From contig JAZLFA010000037.1 of assembly GCA_045615545.1 (NCBI GenBank), positions 5,427 to 69,426 of the forward strand: a stretch of DNA of 64,000 nt, read 5' to 3'. Position numbers and translations under genes: made by a program. The stretch comes from Bacilli bacterium. Lineage in GTDB: Bacteria; Bacillota_I; Bacilli_A; RFN20; CAG-826. Every line of letters starts with the position of its first letter. Within the stretch, counting starts at the first letter, position 1. The notes under the pieces are model-generated. The model saw only the letters and a list, made by a program, of their open reading frames with translations, had not been told where the DNA came from and did not search any database. Positions 39,327 to 48,002 of this stretch are shown here, piece after piece.

Positions 39327-41261
39327 TTATTCTAATTCAAATGCACCTGTATAAAGTTGATAGTAAGTGCCTTTTTGTTTAATCAAATCCTCATGTGTGC
39401 CACGTTCAATGATGCGTCCGTGATCCATAACCATGATTGCGTTACTATTTCTAACGGTTGAGAGTCTATGTGCAATAACAAAGACCGTTCTACCTTCCAT
39501 GAGCCTATCCATTCCTTCTTGGACAAGCTTTTCAGTTCTTGTATCAATAGAAGAGGTTGCTTCATCAAGGATTAAGACTGGAGTATCCGCAACAGCGGCC
39601 CTAGCGATAGATAATAATTGTCTTTGACCTTGTGAAAGGTTGCTGCCATCTCCTGCTAACATGGTGTTAAATCCTTCAGGCAAACGAGTAATAAAGTCAT
39701 AAGCGTTTGCAATTTTAGCGGCTTCAATACATTCTTTATCGGTGGCGTCTAATCTTCCGTAACGAATGTTGTCCATTACTGTTCCAGTAAATAGATTTAC
39801 ATCTTGTAATACAATACCAAGCGAGTGACGTAGGTCGTCTTTCTTTATCTTGCTAATATTGATTCCGTCATATCTAATTTTTCCATCCTCAATATCATAG
39901 AATCTATTAATTAAGTTAGTAATTGTGGTTTTCCCTGCACCAGTTGCACCAACAAGAGCGATTTTCTGTCCAGGCTTAGCATATATGCTAATATCATATA
40001 AGACTTGTTTTCCTTCAACATAAGAGAAGTCAACAGAATCTAAGACGATATCACCTTTTAATTCGGTATATGTGATAGATCCATCGGCCTTGTGTGGATG
40101 CTTCCATGCAAAGTCACGCGTTCTTTCCTCTGTCTCATAGAATGTTCCATCTTCATTGTACTTAATGTGCACTAATGAAACGTATCCTTCATCTGTTTCA
40201 CTTTGTTCGTCAATCATCGCTAAAACGCGGCTCGCACCCGCGCTTCCTGAGACGATAAAGATAAATTGTTGAGCAAAGTTATTAACTGCGTTAGTAAAGC
40301 CCCTAGAAATGGATAAAAACGCTAATATTGTTGCATAATCCATTGGCTTGCTCATTCCAGACACAACATTTAGGTTCATCCAACCATTTCCTGCGTTGAT
40401 TAAGAATATGCCACCAACGAGAGCACATATTACATATATGAAGTTTCCGATATTGCCCATGATTGGCCCAACAATGTTACCAGATTTGTTTCCAGCATTG
40501 CTGGCCTCAAATAATTTATCGTTAAATTCATCGAATTGTGCGATTGATTTTTCTTCGTGTGTAAATACTTTAATAACCTTTAAGCCATTAATGCTTTCTT
40601 GAATAATTCCTTCAACCTTACCTGTGGCTTCTTGTTGCAATTTGAAATATTTACCCGCTCTTCCGCCGATAGCGGTAACGTTAAGAAGCATAAAGAAGGC
40701 GCCAGCTAAAACAATTAATGCAAGCCATATTGAATAAACAAACATAATAACTAGGATTGCGGTAATTGAAATAGCGCATGTATAGGTTGTTGGTAGAGCT
40801 TGAGACACTAATTGTCGGATTGTATCAATATCGTTTGTGTATCGAGACATAATGTCTCCGTGCTTATTTGTATCAAAATATTTGATAGGCAATGTTTGCA
40901 TATGATTAAACATTTTAATACGTATAGTATTTAGGTATTTTTGCGTTGTTATGCCCATTGTAATGTTCCATATATATGCCGCAAACATACCCACTAGATA
41001 AACACTAGCCATAACAATTAACCAAATAGAAATGGTTCCCCAAGCACCATTGAAGTCGTTATTTTTGACGCCAATTTCGATTGCAGAGGTAATATTTTTA
41101 ATGAAGATGGAGGCGCAGAAGTTTGTGCAAGAATTGATTGTTAAACAAACAAGTGCAAGAATAAGAGGCTTTTTATAATCCCTAAATAATTCTTTTAGAA
41201 TTCTTTTAAGTGTGCCCTTAGTAGGGGCTGAACCTTTGAAGGTGTGTCCATGTGATGGCAT
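39327..41261 (-). CDS. ABC exporter, fused permease/ATPase (heterodimer partner B)
   Basis: 644 aa. Six-TM domain plus NBD (Walker A GATGAGKTT, signature LSQGQRQ, Walker B ILILDEATS). Confidence 0.85.
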   Translation of the reverse strand: MPSHGHTFKGSAPTKGTLKRILKELFRDYKKPLILALVCLTINSCTNFCASIFIKNITSAIEIGVKNNDFNGAWGTISIWLIVMASVYLVGMFAAYIWNITMGITTQKYLNTIRIKMFNHMQTLPIKYFDTNKHGDIMSRYTNDIDTIRQLVSQALPTTYTCAISITAILVIMFVYSIWLALIVLAGAFFMLLNVTAIGGRAGKYFKLQQEATGKVEGIIQESINGLKVIKVFTHEEKSIAQFDEFNDKLFEASNAGNKSGNIVGPIMGNIGNFIYVICALVGGIFLINAGNGWMNLNVVSGMSKPMDYATILAFLSISRGFTNAVNNFAQQFIFIVSGSAGASRVLAMIDEQSETDEGYVSLVHIKYNEDGTFYETEERTRDFAWKHPHKADGSITYTELKGDIVLDSVDFSYVEGKQVLYDISIYAKPGQKIALVGATGAGKTTITNLINRFYDIEDGKIRYDGINISKIKKDDLRHSLGIVLQDVNLFTGTVMDNIRYGRLDATDKECIEAAKIANAYDFITRLPEGFNTMLAGDGSNLSQGQRQLLSIARAAVADTPVLILDEATSSIDTRTEKLVQEGMDRLMEGRTVFVIAHRLSTVRNSNAIMVMDHGRIIERGTHEDLIKQKGTYYQLYTGAFELE

Positions 41262-43036
41262 TATTCTTTACCTCCTTTCTTTGTCTGTGATGTATAAACA
41301 TCACGGTATATTTCGTTTTCTTTTAGTAATTGTTCGTGTGTTCCAATTTGATCGATTTTGCCATCGTCCATAACAATAATTAAATCAGCATCTTCAATAG
41401 AAGATATTCTTTGAGCGATAACAATTTTTGTTGTTTCTGGAATCTTTTCTTTTAATCCCTTTCTGATTAATGCATCAGTCCAAGTATCGACGGCAGATGT
41501 ACTATCATCCAAGATTAAGATATTAGGTTTTTTCAATAATGCTCTAGCGATACAAAGTCTTTGTTTTTGACCACCAGAAACGTTTGTTCCACCTTGTTCA
41601 ATGTAGGTGTTATATTCCTCTGGGAAAGATTCAATAAATTCTCTTGCTTGAGAAATATCACAAGCTTCTTTTATTTCATCTAATGTTGCGTTTTCATCGC
41701 CCCAGCGAAGATTTTCAGTTATTGTGCCGGAGAATAAAACATTCTTTTGTAATACAACAGAGACTTTGTCTCTTAGTGTCTTAAGATCATATTCGTGAAT
41801 ATCATGTCCACCAATAATAAGTTCCCCAGAACTAATGTCATATAACCTAGAAATTAAGTTAACTAAAGTTGTTTTACCACTACCGGTAGAGCCGATAATT
41901 CCAACAAATTGACCAGATTTAATTTTTAAATTGATATTTTCTAAAGCGTTTCTTTCTGCATTTTCACTATATTTGAAATTAACATCTTTAAAGATGATTG
42001 AACCATCATCTAATTTATATATAGGATTAGCAGGGTTTTTAATAGTGCTTTCTTCTTCCATTACTTCGTAAATACGTCTAATTGATTCAATAGACATAAC
42101 TAACATGACAATGATCATTGAAATCATCATTAATGACATTAATATTTGTAATCCATATGTGATACACGCACTCATTTGAGCAGGAGATAAACTGCCCCAA
42201 ACATAGTTTAGTGTAGGATCATATTTTGATGTTTTTAATATGATATAAGAACCAATAGAAAGAACTAGTAAGTTAGAAAGGTGAATACTAGTATTCATTA
42301 ACGGGTTATTCCACGCAACAATTTTTTCAGCTTTTATAAATTCGTTTGCGATATTAAATGAAGCGTTATTGAATTTAGTTTTTTCGTAATCTTCTCTAAC
42401 GAAAGATTTAACAACCCTAATACCAGATACATTCTCTTCAACGGATTGATTTAGTTTATCGTATTGTTTGAATACTCTTCTAAAGATTGGCAATGCCTTT
42501 TTGATAATAAAGAATAAACCAAGAACCACTACTGGCACTAAACCAACAAATATGAACGCTAATAGGCCACCTGAAACAAATGCCATTACTATTGAAAAGA
42601 TGAACATCAATGGTGCCCTAACAACAATTCGAATACACATTTGGAATGCCATTTGAGCGTTTGATATATCAGTAGTAAGACGTGTAACTAAACTTGAAGA
42701 TGTAAATTTATCAATGTTAGCAAAGCTATATGATTGTAATTTAACATATAAATCATGTCTTAAGTTTTTGGCTAAACCTGTAGAAGCTTTAGCGGCAGTT
42801 ATACCACCTAAAACCCCACACGTAATTGAAATAATTGCCATTCCAATAAGCGCGACAAGATAAGGCCAAAGGCTTGAAATACTGGTTAAATCATCAATCT
42901 TATCAATCAATAAAGACATAACGAATGGAATACAGCATTCCACCCCTGCCTCACCAATCATGAAGATAGGAGTCATTATTGCGTACTTTTTATATTCTCT
43001 AATACTTGAAAAAACATATTTTATTTTTTGCCACAT
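41261..43036 (-). CDS. ABC exporter, fused permease/ATPase (heterodimer partner A)
   Basis: 591 aa. TMD plus NBD (GSTGSGKTT, LSGGQKQR, ILILDDSTSAVD). The stop overlaps the start of the partner gene. Confidence 0.85.
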   Translation of the reverse strand: MWQKIKYVFSSIREYKKYAIMTPIFMIGEAGVECCIPFVMSLLIDKIDDLTSISSLWPYLVALIGMAIISITCGVLGGITAAKASTGLAKNLRHDLYVKLQSYSFANIDKFTSSSLVTRLTTDISNAQMAFQMCIRIVVRAPLMFIFSIVMAFVSGGLLAFIFVGLVPVVVLGLFFIIKKALPIFRRVFKQYDKLNQSVEENVSGIRVVKSFVREDYEKTKFNNASFNIANEFIKAEKIVAWNNPLMNTSIHLSNLLVLSIGSYIILKTSKYDPTLNYVWGSLSPAQMSACITYGLQILMSLMMISMIIVMLVMSIESIRRIYEVMEEESTIKNPANPIYKLDDGSIIFKDVNFKYSENAERNALENINLKIKSGQFVGIIGSTGSGKTTLVNLISRLYDISSGELIIGGHDIHEYDLKTLRDKVSVVLQKNVLFSGTITENLRWGDENATLDEIKEACDISQAREFIESFPEEYNTYIEQGGTNVSGGQKQRLCIARALLKKPNILILDDSTSAVDTWTDALIRKGLKEKIPETTKIVIAQRISSIEDADLIIVMDDGKIDQIGTHEQLLKENEIYRDVYTSQTKKGGKE

Positions 43037-43048
43037 AATCTCTCCTTT

Positions 43049-43681
43049 CTAGTATATTATTTTTAATAATATATCACTTTCAGGGCATGTAAATTTATCA
43101 TGACCTAAGTGAATTCTGTTATACGCCAACCCTTTAATAATCGACATTAGCGCAACAGCGTATTCTTTTGCTGGATACTTTTTATCCAACAAGTTTGTTT
43201 TTTGACCACTTTCTATTAAATCTAATACTAAATGGAACAGAGGTCTTTTGATATCGGCGTTAGCTAATCTTGTGTGTAAGAATGAATCACATTTTAAATG
43301 AAGGTTTAGCAATAAGTAGAGAGCGCTAACGACATCATCATCTTTGCTTTTTAAAATGCTAACGACGCTTTTAACAATATTTGATAGTCTTTCTTTTGCG
43401 TTTAAAGAGGTTTCGTCGTTTTTATAGACTAAGTTGTCAATTGTAGATATAGCATATTGAAGTGTTGCGTCAAATACATGTTCCTTGCTATTAAAATAAT
43501 GATAGAAAAGACCATGAGAGCAATTGACGGCTTTGGTGATTACGTCAACGCTAATACTTTTATATTCGTGATATGAAAACAAAACAACGCATGTTTTTAT
43601 TATGCTTTGTCTTCTTTCATCTTTGATTTCTTCACACTGTTCTCTTGTTTTTGGCATTGTTTTAATTGACAATTTCGTCAA
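43049..43681 (-). CDS. TetR-family transcriptional regulator (first gene of the exporter operon)
   Basis: 210 aa. N-terminal TetR HTH (SISVDVITKAVNCSHGLFYHYFNSKEHVF). Confidence 0.7.
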   Translation of the reverse strand: MTKLSIKTMPKTREQCEEIKDERRQSIIKTCVVLFSYHEYKSISVDVITKAVNCSHGLFYHYFNSKEHVFDATLQYAISTIDNLVYKNDETSLNAKERLSNIVKSVVSILKSKDDDVVSALYLLLNLHLKCDSFLHTRLANADIKRPLFHLVLDLIESGQKTNLLDKKYPAKEYAVALMSIIKGLAYNRIHLGHDKFTCPESDILLKIIY

Positions 43682-43758
43682 TGAAAAGTTTAAAGTATTT
43701 TCTTTTGTTTTACAAATGTTATTTATATTTAACTTTTTAAGGGTATAATGAAACCTGT

Positions 43759-45033
43759 ATGAAAAACTTTATTTTTATCTCACCACATTTCCCAAATACT
43801 TACTGGCATTTTCTTAAAGAATTGAAGAATAATGGCTTTCGTGTTTTGGGTATTGGAGATGCGCCTTGGGGCGAAGTTTCAGACGAAGTAAAAGAATGCT
43901 TAACTGAATATTATGGATGTTGGGATATGGATAATTTTGATAACGAAGTTGCTGCAGTTAAATATTTTGAAGAAAAGTATGGACATATCGATTATTTAGA
44001 GAGCAATTCTGAGTACTGGTTAGAAAAAGATGCTAAACTAAGAGGCTTATTTAACATCGAAGGCGTTAGTAGCGAAACTTTGAAAACATATCAACATAAA
44101 TCTTTGATGAAAGAATATTATAAAAAAGCTGGTGTAAAAACCGCTAAATATATTATTGTTGACACACTTGATAATCTTATAAAATTTGCTCAGGAAGTTG
44201 GGTATCCAATATTTGCAAAACCAAACATGGGCGTTGGAGCGGCCGGTGATTATAAAATTAAAAATATTAAGGATTTACAGGCGTTTTTTGATGAAAAAGA
44301 CCCAAATGTTGAATATATTTGTGAACAATATGTGACAGGAAACATTGTTACTTTTGATGGAGTTTGTGATTCAAATAGTAACCCTATTTTTGCCGCAAGC
44401 GAAGTGTTTCCTCCATCAATTTCTGATGTTGTAAAATCTCGCCTTGATGTCTTCTATTATTGTTTACCAAAAGTTCCTGATGATTTGGCCACAATTGGCC
44501 CAAAAGTGTTAAAGGCTTTTAATGTTAAAAATAGGTTTTTCCATCTTGAATTTTTCCGTTTAACACAAGATATTAAGGGCTTAGGAAAAGTTGGAGAAAT
44601 AGTTGCGTTAGAAACCAATATGAGGGCCCCTGGAGGATATACTCCTGATCTATTAAATTATGCTAATTCTGCTGACTGTTATAAAGCTTTTGCTGACTCA
44701 TATGCTTTTGATAAAACAGATATGGATATGGAGAAAGATAAATATTATGCAGCTTGCGCTTCTAGAAGAGACGAATTCGAGTATTTTTATTCTGATGATG
44801 ATGTGTTAAGAACGTGGATGAAAAATATTGTTCAATATGGTCGTTATCCTGATGTGTTTTCTGGCGCAATGGGTAATAAATATTTTATGGCAAGATTTAA
44901 AGACTATAATGAGATGATTGTTTTTAGAGACTTTGTATCGCGTAGGGTTGGAGAGTCGGTTCCAGCGCCAAAAACTAACAAAAAGAAAGATAGTCAGGAA
45001 CCAATATGTGATCGACATGTCGATGGGGCTTAA
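43759..45033 (+). CDS. ATP-grasp-fold ligase (carboxylate-amine ligase-like). Substrate unknown.
   Basis: 424 aa. Central ATP-grasp signature (GYPIFAKPNMGVGAAG...) and C-terminal ATP-grasp catalytic region (FHLEFFRL...GEIVALETNMRAPGG). No SD. TATAAT at 43745-43750, 8 nt before the ATG. Confidence 0.55.
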   Translation: MKNFIFISPHFPNTYWHFLKELKNNGFRVLGIGDAPWGEVSDEVKECLTEYYGCWDMDNFDNEVAAVKYFEEKYGHIDYLESNSEYWLEKDAKLRGLFNIEGVSSETLKTYQHKSLMKEYYKKAGVKTAKYIIVDTLDNLIKFAQEVGYPIFAKPNMGVGAAGDYKIKNIKDLQAFFDEKDPNVEYICEQYVTGNIVTFDGVCDSNSNPIFAASEVFPPSISDVVKSRLDVFYYCLPKVPDDLATIGPKVLKAFNVKNRFFHLEFFRLTQDIKGLGKVGEIVALETNMRAPGGYTPDLLNYANSADCYKAFADSYAFDKTDMDMEKDKYYAACASRRDEFEYFYSDDDVLRTWMKNIVQYGRYPDVFSGAMGNKYFMARFKDYNEMIVFRDFVSRRVGESVPAPKTNKKKDSQEPICDRHVDGA

Positions 45034-45034
45034 T

Positions 45035-45880
45035 ATGGATGAGATAATTAAAGATATTACAATTGATACTGAACGAGCATTTTATGGCTCTAAACGCAAA
45101 GCCTTTTACAATATAAAAATTGATGGGCCAGTTGATGGTGAAAGCGCATTTAAAGAATGTTCTTACATTAATGTAAATGATTCATATTTTAATTTACGTT
45201 ATCCTTTTTGGCACTGTTATAAATTAAATATTAAAAATATTGAAATGACAGAAAACTGCCGAGCATCTCTTTGGTATGATGAACACGTCATTTTGAGCGA
45301 TTCAGTAGTGAACGGAATTAAAGCGTTCCGCGAATGTCTGGATATAGTCATAACTAATTCAAAAATTAATTCACCGGAATTTGGCTGGAGATGTGGCAAT
45401 GTTGTTATCAAAGATTCTTCATTAGAATCTGTTTATGCTTTCTTTCAATGTTATAACATTGAAATTAAAAATCTTCATTTTGTCGGCAAATATTCTTTCC
45501 AATATGTTAAAAACATGATGATTGAAAATTCTAATTTAGACACCAAGGATGCCTTTTGGCATACTAAAAATGTCACTGTTAAAAACAGTGTAATTAAAGG
45601 TGAGTATTTAGGATGGTATAGTGAAAATTTGACTTTAATAAATTGCACGATTATTGGAACCCAACCTCTTTGCTATTGCAAGAACCTTAAGTTAATTGAC
45701 TGCAAAACAGAAGCTTGTGATTTAGCCTTTGAATATTCTGAAGTAAACGGCAACATTATTGGTGATGTTGTTTCTGTTAAAAACCCTTTGAGGGGCAAAC
45801 TTATTATTTCTGGCGAAACAGAATTAATAGTAGATGAAAATGATCGCTCTAAAGGGATGTTTAAGTTAGTTAAAAATTAA
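45035..45880 (+). CDS. Right-handed parallel beta-helix repeat protein (DUF3737-like)
   Basis: 281 aa. Periodic N.xI.NS/C.I.G repeats (NSKINSPEFGWRCGNVVIKDSSLES..., NSVIKGEYLGWYSENLTLINCTIIG...). The start was moved from the overlapping ORF-track start at 44918 to the ATG at 45035, 1 nt after the upstream stop (TAATATG). Confidence 0.5.
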   Translation: MDEIIKDITIDTERAFYGSKRKAFYNIKIDGPVDGESAFKECSYINVNDSYFNLRYPFWHCYKLNIKNIEMTENCRASLWYDEHVILSDSVVNGIKAFRECLDIVITNSKINSPEFGWRCGNVVIKDSSLESVYAFFQCYNIEIKNLHFVGKYSFQYVKNMMIENSNLDTKDAFWHTKNVTVKNSVIKGEYLGWYSENLTLINCTIIGTQPLCYCKNLKLIDCKTEACDLAFEYSEVNGNIIGDVVSVKNPLRGKLIISGETELIVDENDRSKGMFKLVKN

Positions 45881-45954
45881 TAATATACTCACGGATAATA
45901 ATGAATTAAACATAGTTTACTTTATTATTCTTTTTGAGTGTGTATAATAAGTGT

Positions 45955-46833
45955 ATGTACGGTTTAATTATTGTTAATCAAACATTAGGACACAATTCCT
46001 ATAAGATCAAAAGATTTCAAGAAGAGTTTCCGAAACTTGTAATAACTTTTGATGTTTTTGTAAACAATGGTACATTATGCGAAATTAAAGACGGCAATAT
46101 TATTATCAATTTACCAAAGGCTGATTTCGTAATTTATTTAGACAAGGACTACTATCTAGCTACAATGCTCGAGAAGTGTGGCTATAGATTATTTAATTCA
46201 TCCAACTTTTTGAGAATGTGTGATGACAAAAACATTACTTTAATTGAATGCGCTAATCACGGCATTAAAAGTGTTGATACAATTCCTTCACCTCTAATTT
46301 ATTCAAATTCGTTAAAAAGCGAAAACTATTTATTTCTTGATAAAGTCATCGAAAGATTTGGGCTTCCGCTAGTTATGAAAAAGGTTTATGGATCTTTGGG
46401 AGAGGGTGTATATTTGGCACACTCTAAACAAGAGTTATATGACCTCTATGGTGAGTGTTTTAGATATCCACTACTCTTTGAAAAATATCTAGAAACAAGC
46501 AAAGGAAAATCGCTAAGAGTGTTAGTGGTTGATGAGAAAGTTATTGGAATTATCGAGAGAAATGGAAGCGATGATTTCCGAAGCAATTACGGAGCAAAGA
46601 CATATAGCAAAAATATTAAAAATCCTACAATTTACATTGATTTTGCACAGAAAATTGCAAATTTATTGCATATTGAGTACGCTGGAATTGATTTGCTTTA
46701 TGGCGACAATAACGAGCCTGTTTTATGTGAAATTAACTCAAATGCATTCTTTGAAGAATTTGAAAAAACAACATCAATCAACGTTGCAAAAATGGTTGGT
46801 GAAATGATATTAAGAAAATGTGGTAAACAATGA
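45955..46833 (+). CDS. RimK-family ATP-grasp ligase (alpha-L-glutamate ligase-like)
   Basis: RimK-type ATP-grasp motifs (LPLVMKKVYGSLGEGVYLAHS, RVLVVDEKVIGIIERNGSDDFRSNYGAKT). The ATG at 45955 is preferred over the TTG at 45934. TATAAT at 45943-45948 lies 6 nt upstream, with no SD. Confidence 0.6.
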   Translation: MYGLIIVNQTLGHNSYKIKRFQEEFPKLVITFDVFVNNGTLCEIKDGNIIINLPKADFVIYLDKDYYLATMLEKCGYRLFNSSNFLRMCDDKNITLIECANHGIKSVDTIPSPLIYSNSLKSENYLFLDKVIERFGLPLVMKKVYGSLGEGVYLAHSKQELYDLYGECFRYPLLFEKYLETSKGKSLRVLVVDEKVIGIIERNGSDDFRSNYGAKTYSKNIKNPTIYIDFAQKIANLLHIEYAGIDLLYGDNNEPVLCEINSNAFFEEFEKTTSINVAKMVGEMILRKCGKQ

Positions 46834-47762
46834 ATAAAAACAAAGCTCGTTTCGAACATAGAAGTAAAGACTATAAGGATATCAGGGAATATTCAGTAAA
46901 CAAGGAGTGTGAGCTTCTTGAATTTTTACTTTTTACTCTTTCTGGCCAATCTCGTAATTCTGTTAAATCTCTTCTTACCAATCGTAGAGTGAGTGTTGAT
47001 GGCGCGCCAATTACTCAATACAATTTCAAATTATATAAAGGCGACAAGGTAATTATTTCAAAAACGCCAATTAGAAGAAAGACACGAAGCAATTTGCCGA
47101 TAATATATGAAGACGACGAAATAATTGTCATTAATAAGCCTAGCGGACTATTATCCATTGCTAGCGATAAAGAAAAGGGCTCAACAGCATATAGGCTTTT
47201 AACCGATTATGTTCAACAGCAAGACAAACATAATAGAATTTTTGTTGTGCATCGTTTAGACGAAGATACTTCCGGAGTACTAATGGTTGCCAAAAATCCA
47301 AAAATCCAAAAAGCATTACAGGATAACTGGAATAATATAGTAACCAAAAGGGGATATTACGCTATTGTTGATGGAAAGTTAAATGAAAAGCAAGGAACAA
47401 TTAAATCGTATTTAAAAAAGAATATTCAAAACATGATGTATTCAACAAAAGACAAAAGCGGACAGTTTGCAGTTACGCACTATAAGGTTTTAAAAGAAAA
47501 CAAACTATATTCGCTTCTTGATGTTAATATTGATTCAGGAAGAAAAAACCAAATTAGAGTACATCTTGGAGATATCGGCCACAATGTTGTTGGCGATGAT
47601 AAATATGGAAATCCAACCAACCCACTCAAAAGACTTGGGCTTCATGCTTATGAGTTAATCTTAAAGCATCCTATCACAGGAAAGGTGTTTGATTTCAAAG
47701 CCCCAATTCCAAAGGAGTTTAATACATTATTTGCTAAGGAGGAAAACCAGAATGTCAAATAA
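46830..47762 (+). CDS. rluD: RluA-family 23S rRNA pseudouridine synthase with N-terminal S4 domain (RluD-like)
   Basis: 310 aa. Catalytic motif HRLDEDTSGVLMVAKN. ATGA overlap with the RimK-like gene. Confidence 0.75.
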   Translation: MNKNKARFEHRSKDYKDIREYSVNKECELLEFLLFTLSGQSRNSVKSLLTNRRVSVDGAPITQYNFKLYKGDKVIISKTPIRRKTRSNLPIIYEDDEIIVINKPSGLLSIASDKEKGSTAYRLLTDYVQQQDKHNRIFVVHRLDEDTSGVLMVAKNPKIQKALQDNWNNIVTKRGYYAIVDGKLNEKQGTIKSYLKKNIQNMMYSTKDKSGQFAVTHYKVLKENKLYSLLDVNIDSGRKNQIRVHLGDIGHNVVGDDKYGNPTNPLKRLGLHAYELILKHPITGKVFDFKAPIPKEFNTLFAKEENQNVK

Positions 47763-47907
47763 CGATGAAGAAATTATTAGCGGCGAAATATATGATGAAA
47801 AAACCGGTGAAAAAGTAGGAAAAGGAGCGGCTTTTAAAGACTTTTTAAGATTTCTTGTAAAAACTTCAGCCCCAATGAATCGCTTGGTTAAACTAATTAT
47901 TTATTGA
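47752..47907 (+). CDS. Small protein, 51 aa, hypothetical (candidate precursor or substrate peptide)
   Basis: MSNNDEEIISGEIYDEKTGEKVGKGAAFKDFLRFLVKTSAPMNRLVKLIIY. A perfect SD AAGGAGG lies 10 nt upstream. Overlaps the rluD 3' end by 11 nt. Trimmed from ORF-track entry 47689-47907. Confidence 0.45.
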   Translation: MSNNDEEIISGEIYDEKTGEKVGKGAAFKDFLRFLVKTSAPMNRLVKLIIY

Positions 47908-48002
47908 AAGATATTTTGATTATAAAAAAACGCACGAAAAAATAATCGATAATGAGTAATTATTTGTTTCCATTAGCGACTCTAACTTGTTAGAATACTA
48001 AT

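Noticed and set aside
44918-45034. Long N-terminal extension of the beta-helix gene that overlaps the ATP-grasp gene by 115 nt
   Set aside because: The extension has no similarity to the repeat body. An ATG directly after the upstream stop (TAATATG) gives a compact coupled gene. The same reasoning was used to trim 49993->50041 (PII-like), 47689->47752 (small ORF), 28452->28488 (hpt), 20676->20691 (tatD) and 21437->21458 (rnmV).
47952-47993. 13-codon mini-ORF MSNYLFPLATLTC between the 51-aa ORF and the DUF1538 gene (possible leader peptide)
   Set aside because: No SD. Too short to assess. It overlaps the putative promoter of the DUF1538 gene. No attenuator-like alternative hairpins were seen.
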